Part shown: one piece after another, positions 29,802 through 40,336 of the stretch
Layout of the letters: each line of letters starts with the position of its first letter
Numbering within the stretch: position 1 is the stretch's first letter
IMG/VR virus record: IMGVR_UViG_3300033073_001635
Location: 49,341 to 113,340 of that record
Source of the DNA: a virus
Taxonomy: Duplodnaviria > Caudoviricetes
Length of the DNA stretch: 64,000 nucleotides
Reading direction: 5' to 3' (one strand)
Made by a program: the position numbers and the translations under genes
The notes under the pieces: model-generated
What the model saw: the letters and a program-made list of their open reading frames with translations, nothing else
What the model was told of the DNA's origin: nothing
Database searches by the model: none

Positions 29802-30821
29802 TTATAATTGTGCAGTTAAAAGCATTGCTTGTTGAGGAGTTAAAAATCCGCTATTTAAAAGAATCATTTGATAGAGAGAATCAATTACACCAGCCTTACA
29901 GTTTTCAACCCATTTTGTATCTAGCTTTGGATACAAAACACAACCAACGCAAACTTTTTCTTTTAATTTTTCTTCGACTTCATCGGATTGTTCTGGATCT
30001 AATTTAGACATAATGTCTTTAATTGTACGCCATTGTTTTCTAGTCAGATGATGATATACATATACATCGTCTTGACCAAAAGCCATAACATGTACACCTG
30101 ATTGACCATATTCATCTTTCCAAATTTTAATTTGATTAACAGTTGGAGCATCAGGTCTGTTTTCAAGTAATTCAAAAATTTGTTGTTTCATCATAACTTC
30201 GGGATTTTCATTTTGACCAGAAGTTTGATTTGCTAAAGATTCTAATTCATCGTCTAAATTCATTGTTAACTCTCTTTGGATTTCTAATTTTTTGTATAGT
30301 GGCGGGATAGCCTTTTCAAATAAGATACTATATTTTTCTAAAATATCAAGTGGTATCTGTTCATACTTATACAACTGTTCTAACTTTAATTTTTCTAAAG
30401 TAACTTTGTACATAGGAATTTTAAAATAAAAATCTTTTGTACATAAATCAAAAGTGTCAATAAACTCTTGAAAAATAGTGTCTTTATTTACACGATTTTT
30501 CGTGTAAATATTTACATTGTTTTCTGGCAAGTTATTGACACTTTCCGTTTCAGTAGATTGCATTTTTTTAAGTTGCAATCTACTAGGTTTTGCAGGTATT
30601 TCTTTTACAGAATTAACCTGTGTTTGAATTTTCAATTCTCTTTGAATCTTTTCAAGCAAAGCTTTTTCTTCTAATTCTGCTTGAATAAAAGCTTCTTTAG
30701 GAATTGCCTTTAAAATAACATCTGCAGTTGGAGAATTTCTTCTTAAAGCATTTAATGCTTTTTCGTTTAATTCGTCTCCAAATAAAACATACCCTCTTTC
30801 ATCCATTAAACCTTTTGGCAT
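29802..30821 (-). CDS. Putative tail assembly chaperone
   Basis: C-terminal half IKIWKDEYG..VYVYHHLTRKQW..CVLYP..AGVIDSL..ILLNSGF resembles phage tail chaperones; synteny. Confidence 0.55.
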   Translation of the reverse strand: MPKGLMDERGYVLFGDELNEKALNALRRNSPTADVILKAIPKEAFIQAELEEKALLEKIQRELKIQTQVNSVKEIPAKPSRLQLKKMQSTETESVNNLPENNVNIYTKNRVNKDTIFQEFIDTFDLCTKDFYFKIPMYKVTLEKLKLEQLYKYEQIPLDILEKYSILFEKAIPPLYKKLEIQRELTMNLDDELESLANQTSGQNENPEVMMKQQIFELLENRPDAPTVNQIKIWKDEYGQSGVHVMAFGQDDVYVYHHLTRKQWRTIKDIMSKLDPEQSDEVEEKLKEKVCVGCVLYPKLDTKWVENCKAGVIDSLYQMILLNSGFLTPQQAMLLTAQL

Positions 30822-30844
30822 TATTAATAATCCTATTCTTTTTA

Positions 30845-31276
30845 TTAATCTATATGTTCTATTTCTCTACCAATAAAATTATATTCAGTCAAGATAACAT
30901 TATCATCTATTTGAATAGATTGTCCATGACCCATAATAAAGCAATTTTTTAATTTCATTTTTTTTGAACTACTGCAATCCATCCAAAATTCAATAGTAAT
31001 ATCAAAAAAATCTATTTGAGAAAAATCAATATTTGAACCTGCTTTGACTTCAGAATAAACATCATTAGGAGATTTAAAATTAATAACAAATCTTCCTTGA
31101 ACAATATGTTTGCCTTCTAAAACTGCATCAAATTTATTCGAATAGTAAGAGTATACAGGTTGTTTTGAATAAGTTACTTGATAAGATACACCAACTGCAT
31201 CTATTTCATTATTATTAATTAATAATTTAATATTCGCACCAGAAAAATACTCATATGAATAATTATCAGTTGTCAT
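30845..31276 (-). CDS. Tail tube-like protein (paralogue 3)
   Basis: YFSGANIKL..VSYQV..KQPVY..VQGRF..IDDNVILTEYNFIGRE aligns by eye with the 246-aa tube protein. Confidence 0.65.
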   Translation of the reverse strand: MTTDNYSYEYFSGANIKLLINNNEIDAVGVSYQVTYSKQPVYSYYSNKFDAVLEGKHIVQGRFVINFKSPNDVYSEVKAGSNIDFSQIDFFDITIEFWMDCSSSKKMKLKNCFIMGHGQSIQIDDNVILTEYNFIGREIEHID

Positions 31277-31994
31277 TTTGCCGCCCCTTCACTTTATTGA
31301 TTTCTTCTTTAATCCTATTTATTTGTTTGTCTAATGTTTGTCTTTGTGCATCTGTTAAATTTTCATTAATTAAACCTAAAACTACATTCATTTGTTTTTC
31401 TAATTGATTTATAGTTTCTGACTCTGTTGCTTTTGGTGGTTCATTTGTAGCTACTTTCTTTTTGGCACTTCTTTCTATTAATTTGAAATCATCAAAATCT
31501 TTTGCCATAAATTGAAAAACCATTTCAGTCACCATGTCATTTACAGAAGTTACCATAGATTGAGAAATTAAACTAATTCCTTTAATTTTAAATTCTGAAT
31601 AAAAACTCTTATGACCTTCAGATTGATAAATTAAAAGCAAATCAAAACTTTGATTATTTAAAATACTTAAAGATCCTGAACGTGCAGAGTCTCCGTTTAC
31701 GCATTGAGTTTTAACTGCATTTTGTTCGCTTTCAGTAGCTTTTTTTAAAAAAGCTAATGGATGATCTTTCAATACAGTTAAAACTAAAGTTCCTGCAATA
31801 GTACGAATAGCTTTTGTAAATCCAACCGGAATAGCAAAACCTAATCTTCGAACAGGATTCCTCATTTCATTTACTTGAAATGAAATAGTAGAGAGTGAAT
31901 TCAATTTGTAAGTTTCATTACCTTGAATTATATATGCTTCAACATCTGTTCCCGAAAAAGAGAATGGATAATTATAATTATTTTCAATAGTCAT
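31266..31994 (-). CDS. Tail tube-like protein (paralogue 2)
   Basis: SFSGTDV..ISFQV..PVRRLG..RTIAGT..VNDMVTEMVFQFMAKD. Confidence 0.65.
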   Translation of the reverse strand: MTIENNYNYPFSFSGTDVEAYIIQGNETYKLNSLSTISFQVNEMRNPVRRLGFAIPVGFTKAIRTIAGTLVLTVLKDHPLAFLKKATESEQNAVKTQCVNGDSARSGSLSILNNQSFDLLLIYQSEGHKSFYSEFKIKGISLISQSMVTSVNDMVTEMVFQFMAKDFDDFKLIERSAKKKVATNEPPKATESETINQLEKQMNVVLGLINENLTDAQRQTLDKQINRIKEEINKVKGRQNDN

Positions 31995-32023
31995 AATAGT
32001 ATTATGGCCCTTTTATTTATTTA

Positions 32024-32764
32024 TTAAGCTTGAGTGCCTTGTTGATCTCTGTTACTGTTATTAAAATCACTACTAGTGCTTGCAACTGCTAAAGCAGTCC
32101 AAGGCAACAAAGTTCTACAAACATATGTCATTTGGTTTTCAATGACGATGTCATCAATTGAGAAACCAGAACCTTCATTCAAAATTTCACAACCAAACAA
32201 TCTCATTTGAGCAGAATTACCATATTCATTAACAGCATGAATAACAACATCAAAAGGCAAAATTTGATCAACATAAAAAACTTTATTCCAAGCATAATTA
32301 GCAGTAATATCATCTACCTTTAATGCTGCATTTTGTTGTTCATATTGAGTACGTTGTCCAGCACCACCACTACTTAAACTTAAACCTGTTTGATTACTGT
32401 TACCTAAAGCTTGTAGCATCTCAGATGAACCTTTAGCGCTAACATTTTTAGCAGCATCAGCATTTGTACCAATAGAAGCAAAAATTTCACCTTTATCCAA
32501 GTAAGCTTTTTCATTTTTAAAAGCATCTGAATTAAGCATATGTTGATTTAACATCAAACTAATCATTGTACCAGCAATACCACGTTTACCACGAGAAAAA
32601 CTGATTGGATCTACGGAACCCATTACATAAATAGGTGCTTTTTCACGTTGAATAGCATATGAAACAGCTTGCATAGAACCAGCAACTTGACCGTTCATAA
32701 CTACTTTAATATCTACACCTGCAAAAGAGGTATAAGTTTTAGCAAGATCTAAACTACTAGCCAT
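32024..32764 (-). CDS. Major tail tube protein
   Basis: SFAGVDIK..QAVSYAIQREKAPIYVMG..SRGKRGIAGT; immediately follows the sheath gene; SD GGAG. Confidence 0.75.
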   Translation of the reverse strand: MASSLDLAKTYTSFAGVDIKVVMNGQVAGSMQAVSYAIQREKAPIYVMGSVDPISFSRGKRGIAGTMISLMLNQHMLNSDAFKNEKAYLDKGEIFASIGTNADAAKNVSAKGSSEMLQALGNSNQTGLSLSSGGAGQRTQYEQQNAALKVDDITANYAWNKVFYVDQILPFDVVIHAVNEYGNSAQMRLFGCEILNEGSGFSIDDIVIENQMTYVCRTLLPWTALAVASTSSDFNNSNRDQQGTQA

Positions 32765-32780
32765 ATTAATTGTCTCCTAA

Positions 32781-35339
32781 TTATTGAGGAGGAAGAACTG
32801 TCATGTCTACATTAACAGTTTCCAAAGAAAAAGGTGGAATAAATGACACGGAAACATTCAATCTACCAGCTATTTCATCAGCTTTTGTAGCTGAAATTTT
32901 TGCTGGTTGATAACCTTGAATGTTACCAAGTCTAACTTCGCCGGTCATAAAACCTTCAATTCGTTGAGCCATTGTTGTTCTTGCAAAATCAACAGTTTTA
33001 CCCAAGAAAGGTAATGCCATATCTCTAATGTTTGAGAGAATTCTGTTAGCTGCTCTAAGAGTAGAAACTCTTGTATAATCACTAGTTGGCAATGCTGCTG
33101 TTCTAAGAATACTTAATGAACCAGCACTGTCAAACATGCAAACTCTACCAAGAGCTAAACTATTTAATAATGATTTTGGAACAGAAACACCAAGTACACT
33201 TACGCCAGCAATTCTACCATTAACTGGACCAATTGGTTCTTCGTTAATTGGTAAAGCTAATAACTTACCCATAACTGCAGGTGCAAGATTTACAAACTTT
33301 GAAACTTTTGGCAAAGCAAGAATCTTATCTGTTCTAGTATTTTGAGGAGTGATAGTACCCCAAGAACCAACAATAACAACATGCTTACCAATATCAATTG
33401 GCAATCCTTTTGAATCTACAGCTTCATCAGTATCATCAATACCATAGGGTTCGCCGTTTGGCAATTGATTACCAGTAGTTAGAATTATACCACCAAATGG
33501 TCTGCCACTTCTATAATCTGAAGCACCAAACAACAACTTGCAACCTTGAAGCATTGTACCATTTTGAGCTACTACCAATTCGCCAGTATCTTCATCAATT
33601 TGATACAAAGGAGATTTACCAGCCCATTTTTGAACACCATCGTTTGATGGTTTAGGTTGACTAACTGGTACAAAAGCAACGCATTGTCTATATACATTAG
33701 AAGCTTTATAGGCCATAGATGCAGCTTGATGTAAGAAACTAATCTCACGAATATATTCTGGTTTTATATTCAAGCTAACTGTTGTATTTAATGGCGTTGT
33801 CCAACTACTAAAGCTTAATAACTCTTCAATTACGGTTTCAGGTACCAATTGACCAGTTAATTTAAATGCACTAATTACAAAAGGATCACAATTAATTACT
33901 TTGTCATAATCAAGATTTGTATCATTCTTAGCAATCAAATAATCAGAAAGCGCTAAAGTTCCAGCCACCTTAGATGCTCTAATTGTAAATTTAGCTGTTT
34001 TACCTGCTAAACTATAGGTAGATTTAATTTTGATTGTAAAGATAATTTCATCTGGTTTACCAATCTTGATTTCCTTTGTAGTACCATCAGCAATTGATGC
34101 TGTTTTAACAGCAACTTTAATCTTTCCACTCTCTAATGGAAACATTTCAACACTATCACTAACAGCAGCTAAATCAAGAATTTCAACTTCAAATAAATTA
34201 AGCAGATCGCCAAGTTGAACACCAGCAGAACCTACTTGATAACTTAATTGAGTAACAGTACCACCAGCATTAGTAGCCAAAACTCTTTCAGCAGTAGAAA
34301 CGTTATCAGGATTTAATGCATCTTTTCTACCAAACATATAAAGATATGGGGTGCCTTCATGTACATATTTCCACATGTAACCTAAATTATAACTACCATA
34401 ATCAATTGCTTGAGAAATGGTTGCATTTTCTAAATCCAAAGGCAAAACATCTGCATAACAACCTTCAACATAAATCATGTCAGAAGTTAAATAATCTAAG
34501 TCTTGATATTTAACTTCTAAAGATGCATATTTATTTAAATAATCTGGTTCATAATCACTACTAGTTACATGTTTTGTAACTTTGTATGTTGAAGAATTAG
34601 CAGCTGCGGAAGCAGTAGTAGAACTACTGTTAAAAGAATGAATATCAGCTATAGTTAATTCGTCAAACTTTTTACAACCTGTCATTATTATTGTTTTTGA
34701 TACTGCATCACTAAGACTCAAAGGAGCACTTCCAGCGTATGCACTAGGTGTAAAAAGAATTTGATCATTGCCAACATCATTGTTAATTTCTACATCGAAA
34801 TCTGCAAGATTTTGAGTTAATTCTAACTCTGAATCATAAATAATAGATTGAGTAGATGCAGTTAATTCTTGAATAATAACAACTCTTTGCTTGTAAATAT
34901 TTCCTTTTTTAACAGGAACCAATGCTAAACGAAAAGCTTTGAAAGCATCAAGTTGTTGATTACCTACTAAAACATCTCCTTGTCTTTTAGGAGAAATCTT
35001 AATAACGGTTTCATATTCTGAAGAATTTGCTTGCACTAATTTTTGAATTAAAAGATGTTCTGATTTAGTTGCAATTCTAACTAAATCAACATTTGATGCT
35101 TCAGGTAAATTTGCAAGCGCTGTTTGATAAGCAGTTGCAAGTTCACTAAATTCACCAAATTCTGAAACAGTAGATTCTAAAGATTCTGCAGTAAATAAAC
35201 GACCGGCAATACCTTTTACGGCGCTAGCAGCAATCATAACTCTTGGTCCAGCTTCCTGATTCTTTGCAACAGAAAGTGAGCCATCATTGTAAGTGACATT
35301 TGCACCAGGTACTCGTGTATAAAAATCTTTGTAAGCCAT
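32781..35339 (-). CDS. Contractile tail sheath protein
   Basis: N-terminal VPGANV; C-terminal YTRVSTLRAANRI..PFLG..GRLNVSVSFIPPFSLETV; strong SD AGGAGG. Confidence 0.85.
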   Translation of the reverse strand: MAYKDFYTRVPGANVTYNDGSLSVAKNQEAGPRVMIAASAVKGIAGRLFTAESLESTVSEFGEFSELATAYQTALANLPEASNVDLVRIATKSEHLLIQKLVQANSSEYETVIKISPKRQGDVLVGNQQLDAFKAFRLALVPVKKGNIYKQRVVIIQELTASTQSIIYDSELELTQNLADFDVEINNDVGNDQILFTPSAYAGSAPLSLSDAVSKTIIMTGCKKFDELTIADIHSFNSSSTTASAAANSSTYKVTKHVTSSDYEPDYLNKYASLEVKYQDLDYLTSDMIYVEGCYADVLPLDLENATISQAIDYGSYNLGYMWKYVHEGTPYLYMFGRKDALNPDNVSTAERVLATNAGGTVTQLSYQVGSAGVQLGDLLNLFEVEILDLAAVSDSVEMFPLESGKIKVAVKTASIADGTTKEIKIGKPDEIIFTIKIKSTYSLAGKTAKFTIRASKVAGTLALSDYLIAKNDTNLDYDKVINCDPFVISAFKLTGQLVPETVIEELLSFSSWTTPLNTTVSLNIKPEYIREISFLHQAASMAYKASNVYRQCVAFVPVSQPKPSNDGVQKWAGKSPLYQIDEDTGELVVAQNGTMLQGCKLLFGASDYRSGRPFGGIILTTGNQLPNGEPYGIDDTDEAVDSKGLPIDIGKHVVIVGSWGTITPQNTRTDKILALPKVSKFVNLAPAVMGKLLALPINEEPIGPVNGRIAGVSVLGVSVPKSLLNSLALGRVCMFDSAGSLSILRTAALPTSDYTRVSTLRAANRILSNIRDMALPFLGKTVDFARTTMAQRIEGFMTGEVRLGNIQGYQPAKISATKADEIAGRLNVSVSFIPPFSLETVNVDMTVLPPQ

Positions 35340-35350
35340 AATAGCCTCCT

Positions 35351-36094
35351 CTAAATTTTGTTAATACTAATTAGTAATTCTCTAAGTATTGATTCAGCTT
35401 TAATATCGAATTCTCTAAAACGTAGAAAGAAATGAATTGGTCTATAAAACAATCTTTGACCACCAACTGTCATGTAAGTGTCAGAATGTCTTGCTTCCCA
35501 ATAGAATCTTTCTGCGCCTTTGATTTCAAATACAAAAGCATTGTTTATTAATAATTTTTCTAACCAAATAGCTCTATCATTTGCAAGTTTATTTGTTTTT
35601 GCCCAACAATTAAATTCTACAATGTGATCTACTGGTCTAGATTCTACAGTTAAAATCTTATTTGGATAATTTGGTGAGCCTGATTCAAATGAATAAGTTG
35701 ATTTACGTACAGGTCTGCCTGTACCAGTTTTATTCATCATACCAGGTTTCCTAGAAACTACTTTGAAAGTAATAACTTCATCTCCATAAGTATCCATCGT
35801 TTCTGGTGGATATTCTTCTACAAGTTTAACAATTTTATTTTCTAAAATTCCAGATCTTTTTTGTGCATCTGCAATTAAATTAGAAGCAGTAGAAAAAAAC
35901 TCTTCTAAAGTTAAAGGATTTGTGTTTGGTAAAAAATCATTTAAATTAATTTGATAAGGATTTTCTATTTTTATTTTAGATTCTAATTGATTCATTATAT
36001 TATCGTCTTGATCTAAAATTTGAAGAATTACATCTTGTTCTTTTTTTAAATCGTCCATATCATAATTAAAATTTAAAATATCTTTTTTCATCAA
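35351..36094 (-). CDS. Putative tail completion/terminator protein
   Basis: VEFNCWAKTNKLANDRAIWLE pattern; position between neck and sheath genes. Confidence 0.5.
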   Translation of the reverse strand: MMKKDILNFNYDMDDLKKEQDVILQILDQDDNIMNQLESKIKIENPYQINLNDFLPNTNPLTLEEFFSTASNLIADAQKRSGILENKIVKLVEEYPPETMDTYGDEVITFKVVSRKPGMMNKTGTGRPVRKSTYSFESGSPNYPNKILTVESRPVDHIVEFNCWAKTNKLANDRAIWLEKLLINNAFVFEIKGAERFYWEARHSDTYMTVGGQRLFYRPIHFFLRFREFDIKAESILRELLISINKI

Positions 36095-36633
36095 TTGTTC
36101 AACCTTATGGAGTTTTCTTCTCTACAATGAATTGCTAAATATTCAAGCCTTCCATTATCAGAACGATATTCTTGAATAGTTTCAGGTCTGTATATTACAT
36201 TTCTAACATATGGTATACTTGGATTACCATCATAATCAAGTTTTAACTCAATTATTTTATCTTTATATGTAAATAAAGTATCGTAACGAAAGAAAAAGGT
36301 TTTATAATCAGTTCTTATCTCACCTGCTTGAATTCTTCTAAATCGAGTATGAAAAGAATCTCCACCTCTCATCATCGAATAAGTTTCAGCCCATTCTTCG
36401 TCCCAAATATATTTTTCACCTAAACAAAAATTACAAGAAGATTCAGTTGTAGCTTCATCTGATAAAGGTGATGCGCATTTACATTTTAGTAATTCGTTAT
36501 TTTCATTGCGACGAAATCTTCTAATTAAAACTTTATGAGCATGTTTTATTCCACCAGATTTACCAAGAATAAAATCATCAAAAGTTTTTCTTAAATCTTT
36601 TTCTCTACTGATTTTATGAAATGAGCGTTTCAT
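36091..36633 (-). CDS. Putative head closure/neck protein with Zn-ribbon
   Basis: CKC..CNFCLG cysteine cluster; synteny. Confidence 0.5.
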   Translation of the reverse strand: MKRSFHKISREKDLRKTFDDFILGKSGGIKHAHKVLIRRFRRNENNELLKCKCASPLSDEATTESSCNFCLGEKYIWDEEWAETYSMMRGGDSFHTRFRRIQAGEIRTDYKTFFFRYDTLFTYKDKIIELKLDYDGNPSIPYVRNVIYRPETIQEYRSDNGRLEYLAIHCREENSIRLNN

Positions 36634-36634
36634 A

Positions 36635-37636
36635 TTATTGACCTCTACCTAATCTACCAGTAGTGAAGTAGTGATAGTTCCAAATAGTGTAACCTGACTT
36701 GTATTTGTTTTCACCAGGTTTCATATATTTACTATTATTGGTTGGTAACCAATAATATTCATTCCAAGGATCATGCCATTGGCGAGATATAAGATTTTTA
36801 TCAGATCTTTTAATTCCTTTTTCACCAAAAGTTGTACCAAATGATTGACCAAAAGTAACATGTCCACCAGCATTGATTACTCTCATCCATTCATCTCTTT
36901 GCTCTTTATATTCTTTTAACAAATCTTTAATATCTAAATCTAAATCAGCATTTTGAACAGATAGATCTCCAAGTGTTTTGTGTGTTTTAGAATTAGAGCC
37001 ATATGCACCAACAGGCATAGTAAATAAAGAGATTGCAGCGTCAAATAAAACAAATCTAGTTCTTGCATAAAAATAATTCTGACCTACAGGTTTTTTACAA
37101 GTAAATTGATCTGCTTTTATAGAAGACCAATGAATTGCTAATCCTAAAGTGTCATCTGGTATATCATTCATCCAAGTACCACATTCAACTCTAAGCATTT
37201 CAATAGGTGCATAAAATGGATTGAATTCTGTACAATAATAGAATTCATAATCTTCATTTAATTTATTGCCTTCAAAATCTGAAATGTTTGAATCTAAAGT
37301 TATTAAAATTAATTCATTATAATCTATAATATTTTGACCAGCTTTTATTTCTCCACCAGCAAAAACAGAAAAAGAAAAATCATATAGAATTTCTTCCCCA
37401 TCAATAACTGCAATCCATTCTTCTATATATTGACCAGCAATATCTGTTTGATCAAATTCATATACAAAGAATCCTGTTTCTAAATTTAAAAACCCGTCAT
37501 TAATAATAATTTGTTCTGAATTTGGTTTAGTAATTACTAATGTAATTTCAGATGGATTTACTGGTTGTGATTTAAAATTATTAAATACAACTTTTAATTT
37601 GATTGCAGTATTTAAACTTACACTTCTACTTGCCAT
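36635..37636 (-). CDS. Putative head-tail adaptor with N-terminal Ig-like domain
   Basis: N-terminal beta-sandwich pattern (ETGFFVYEF..AGQYIEEW); C-terminal KTLGDLSV adaptor-like motif. Confidence 0.5.
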   Translation of the reverse strand: MASRSVSLNTAIKLKVVFNNFKSQPVNPSEITLVITKPNSEQIIINDGFLNLETGFFVYEFDQTDIAGQYIEEWIAVIDGEEILYDFSFSVFAGGEIKAGQNIIDYNELILITLDSNISDFEGNKLNEDYEFYYCTEFNPFYAPIEMLRVECGTWMNDIPDDTLGLAIHWSSIKADQFTCKKPVGQNYFYARTRFVLFDAAISLFTMPVGAYGSNSKTHKTLGDLSVQNADLDLDIKDLLKEYKEQRDEWMRVINAGGHVTFGQSFGTTFGEKGIKRSDKNLISRQWHDPWNEYYWLPTNNSKYMKPGENKYKSGYTIWNYHYFTTGRLGRGQ

Positions 37637-37649
37637 ATTTAATAACTCC

Positions 37650-38771
37650 TTAAATTTCTATAATAATTTTATTTTCTACAACGGAAACTATTTTGTAAAG
37701 TTTTTTAGTTTTTGGATGAGAGCTATATACATTATTATAATAACCTGAAACTGGCAAAACATCTATTTTTACCGAATCTTGAGTTACAGAAGCAGGATCT
37801 AGTATTTTATTAAAATGAATTTCTATTAAATTGTTAGTCAAAGGCACATTGATTGCACCTTCATGTGGAGTAACTTTAATTATTGCTAGTGGTTCAAAAT
37901 TATTAATCAGAACAGTGTTGATAGGTGATGTTGACTTATAATCTGGTTCAGGTTCTGTATACACAGCTCCATTATTTGTGCTAAAATTAATTATATAACT
38001 AGATTCAAGAAAATCAGTTTTATAGCATTTAATAGTTATTAATTCACCAGCATTATATTGAATATTATCAAATTTAATATTTAAACCCTTATCTACGCTT
38101 CTCCATCTTGCAGAACATCTAGATAATCTTTCCATATTTTTATTTTGGTCATCAAAATAATAAATATATTGAGCAGCATTACCAATCCCAGTTTCTACTA
38201 TTTCAATAGTTAATAAACTACCAATTCCATTTTCGCCTCTATACAATCCTTTAACTTTAACTCTATCATCTACTGAATTATTAAATTTTGCAGAATATAT
38301 AGTTCTTAAAGAAATTGCATTATTGTTTTTATACATTGGATCTAAATTTTGAGTATTACTTCCAATTAAATATATCTGATACTCACTGTTTAAAGCTAAA
38401 GTTTTTTTAGGTTTAATTATTGCAGCGGTATAATAATTACTTCTGTCAAAATCATTTTCGGGTGTAACTATTTCTTTAGTTACAGGATCTAAAAAACTAA
38501 TTTCAACATCAAATTCACAAAAACCTTTATAACTAGGTGAACGTAAAAAGTTTTTATTTTCACCACTAGTTTCATTAATCCACAAAGCATTATCAGGCAT
38601 TGTAGTTCTATCAAAATCCAAACCAATTAAAATAACTGAATTCTTAATAGATTCGATATCTACTTCTTTGTCAAAAACTAATCTAAAAGTAGAACCATTA
38701 GGAATGTTTGTGCTTAGATTCTGTGGGTAACTCAGTGTTGGTAGAAAATTTATTGTCATTTTTGTTTTCAC
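37650..38771 (-). CDS. Virion protein with two Big_5-type Ig-like domains (start may be ATG 38759)
   Basis: SYPQNLSTNIP..FRLVFDKEVDIESI and VTPHEGAINVP..IEIHFNKILDPASV repeats. Confidence 0.6.
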   Translation of the reverse strand: MKTKMTINFLPTLSYPQNLSTNIPNGSTFRLVFDKEVDIESIKNSVILIGLDFDRTTMPDNALWINETSGENKNFLRSPSYKGFCEFDVEISFLDPVTKEIVTPENDFDRSNYYTAAIIKPKKTLALNSEYQIYLIGSNTQNLDPMYKNNNAISLRTIYSAKFNNSVDDRVKVKGLYRGENGIGSLLTIEIVETGIGNAAQYIYYFDDQNKNMERLSRCSARWRSVDKGLNIKFDNIQYNAGELITIKCYKTDFLESSYIINFSTNNGAVYTEPEPDYKSTSPINTVLINNFEPLAIIKVTPHEGAINVPLTNNLIEIHFNKILDPASVTQDSVKIDVLPVSGYYNNVYSSHPKTKKLYKIVSVVENKIIIEI

Positions 38772-38895
38772 CTATTTTAACTTCTATAAATTCTTCTTCA
38801 TCTATTACTTGATGATTGTATGGATTTGTTGGATCAAAAATAAAGTATTCTTCTTCAAATAATTCTAATTCTTTTTTTTCTTTAAACCAAGACAT
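38698..38895 (-). CDS. Small acidic hypothetical protein
   Basis: SD AGGAG upstream of ATG; overlaps the start of the next gene. Confidence 0.5.
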   Translation of the reverse strand: MSWFKEKKELELFEEEYFIFDPTNPYNHQVIDEEEFIEVKIGENKNDNKFSTNTELPTESKHKHS

Positions 38896-38914
38896 ATATA
38901 TCTCCTATAAAAGC

Positions 38915-38944
38915 AGAAAGGGAAGCGGATCCGCTTCCCTTTCT
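38915..38944. terminator. Intrinsic terminator after the major capsid gene (perfect 30-bp palindrome)
   Basis: AGAAAGGGAAGCGGA-TCCGCTTCCCTTTCT with T-rich tails on both strands. Confidence 0.8.
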
Positions 38945-38981
38945 TTTATACAAGAATCATTTACAGTTTACAAGCAATGAA

Positions 38982-40316
38982 TTACATTTGATTCTTTACT
39001 TGTGCTTCAGAGATATCACTCATTTCAGCAAGAGCCTTAACAGTGCCATCCCAGAATTGTTCAGTTCTCTTAACATTCTTGAATACGCCAACACCTTGAC
39101 CTTCGTGAGCTACAGCAAAACCATAACGTTCACGGATCTTAATCTTTACGGATTCAGTGTTTTCATCACGCCATTCAACAGTTGTAGGTTCTTCATCAAC
39201 CAAGTGATAACCAACATTACCACCAGAAAGCAAGAAGATATCGCCTGTTTCTGATTCTGGATCATAAGGACAAAGAGGAGAAACTTGAATTTGGAAATTG
39301 AATGGGAAATAGCTTGGAAGATTTGGAGCAGAAGTAGCTTGTTGTGAACGAGCAGTTACTGGAGAAATCTCAGAACCATTGCTACCTTGACCAGAAGAAC
39401 CAATGCCACGACCATTGTTAATCTTTGTACCATTTGAAGGACCCATTGAACCCATAGTACCATTGTTATATGGAGTGAGAACACCAGGTGCGCCACTATA
39501 AGCATTAAACCAAGATCCCCCACCATGCATCAACATCATTTGACGTAAAATAGGATCTTGAATGAATGAGTAATAGAATAAAGGATGCATAAGCAATGTT
39601 GTAGCAGAGAAACCTTCTTCAGCCATGTGAGCCATACCACGCATAAGATTATCCATAGTAAGAGCACCATTGCCAACCAAAACATTTCCAGACAAACCTC
39701 TACCTGTAGTTACACCATAGATAGAAGAAGATGGATTAATGTTATCATAAAGAGTAGTACCAAGTTGCTTCAAGAAAGCAACGGCTTTTTGTTCCTTGTG
39801 ACGGACAAGTGCATTACCCATAAGTTCAAGGTTCTTTGCCATGATATCAAATGTAGAATATCTCAATGCTTCATCCGTGAAAGAAGCAGCAATACCACTC
39901 TTACCGATATAAGCAGTAGAAACAGCACCACCCATTTGGAAATTAACTTCTGGATATGTACCAAGTTCTTGTACATCACCAGCATATACAGCGCCCATAG
40001 CACCCATCAAAATTTGAGTGTTAAGACCTTGTGCTTGAATACGTGTAAAGAGAGGTGTAATTACTGCATTTGGTTCAACTGGTTCACGGATTAAAATTTC
40101 CATAGAAGTTTGAAGCAAAGGTGTGATTTCAGAAGCCTTAACCATGTCCTTATTCTTAGGACTGATTGTTTCAGCAAAAGCTTTCCAAGATACTTTTTGT
40201 TCACTATCAGGTAATTGACCATTGTTACGGATCATATCAGCTAAATAACGTGAAGCTGCTTTTTGATTGCTAGGCAATTGAATTTGAGTGCCATCGACTA
40301 ATTTTAATACTGTCAT
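38982..40316 (-). CDS. Major capsid protein (HK97 fold)
   Basis: 444 aa; ELGTYPEV..IGKSGIAASFTDEALRYS and IKIRERYGFAV motifs; follows protease and a second capsid gene; terminator downstream. Confidence 0.85.
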   Translation of the reverse strand: MTVLKLVDGTQIQLPSNQKAASRYLADMIRNNGQLPDSEQKVSWKAFAETISPKNKDMVKASEITPLLQTSMEILIREPVEPNAVITPLFTRIQAQGLNTQILMGAMGAVYAGDVQELGTYPEVNFQMGGAVSTAYIGKSGIAASFTDEALRYSTFDIMAKNLELMGNALVRHKEQKAVAFLKQLGTTLYDNINPSSSIYGVTTGRGLSGNVLVGNGALTMDNLMRGMAHMAEEGFSATTLLMHPLFYYSFIQDPILRQMMLMHGGGSWFNAYSGAPGVLTPYNNGTMGSMGPSNGTKINNGRGIGSSGQGSNGSEISPVTARSQQATSAPNLPSYFPFNFQIQVSPLCPYDPESETGDIFLLSGGNVGYHLVDEEPTTVEWRDENTESVKIKIRERYGFAVAHEGQGVGVFKNVKRTEQFWDGTVKALAEMSDISEAQVKNQM

Positions 40317-40336
40317 ATTATTAACTCTCCTATAAA

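Noticed and set aside
29790-29830. Programmed frameshift joining the two tail chaperone genes
   Set aside because: No convincing slippery heptamer at the junction; the second gene has its own ATG right after the stop.
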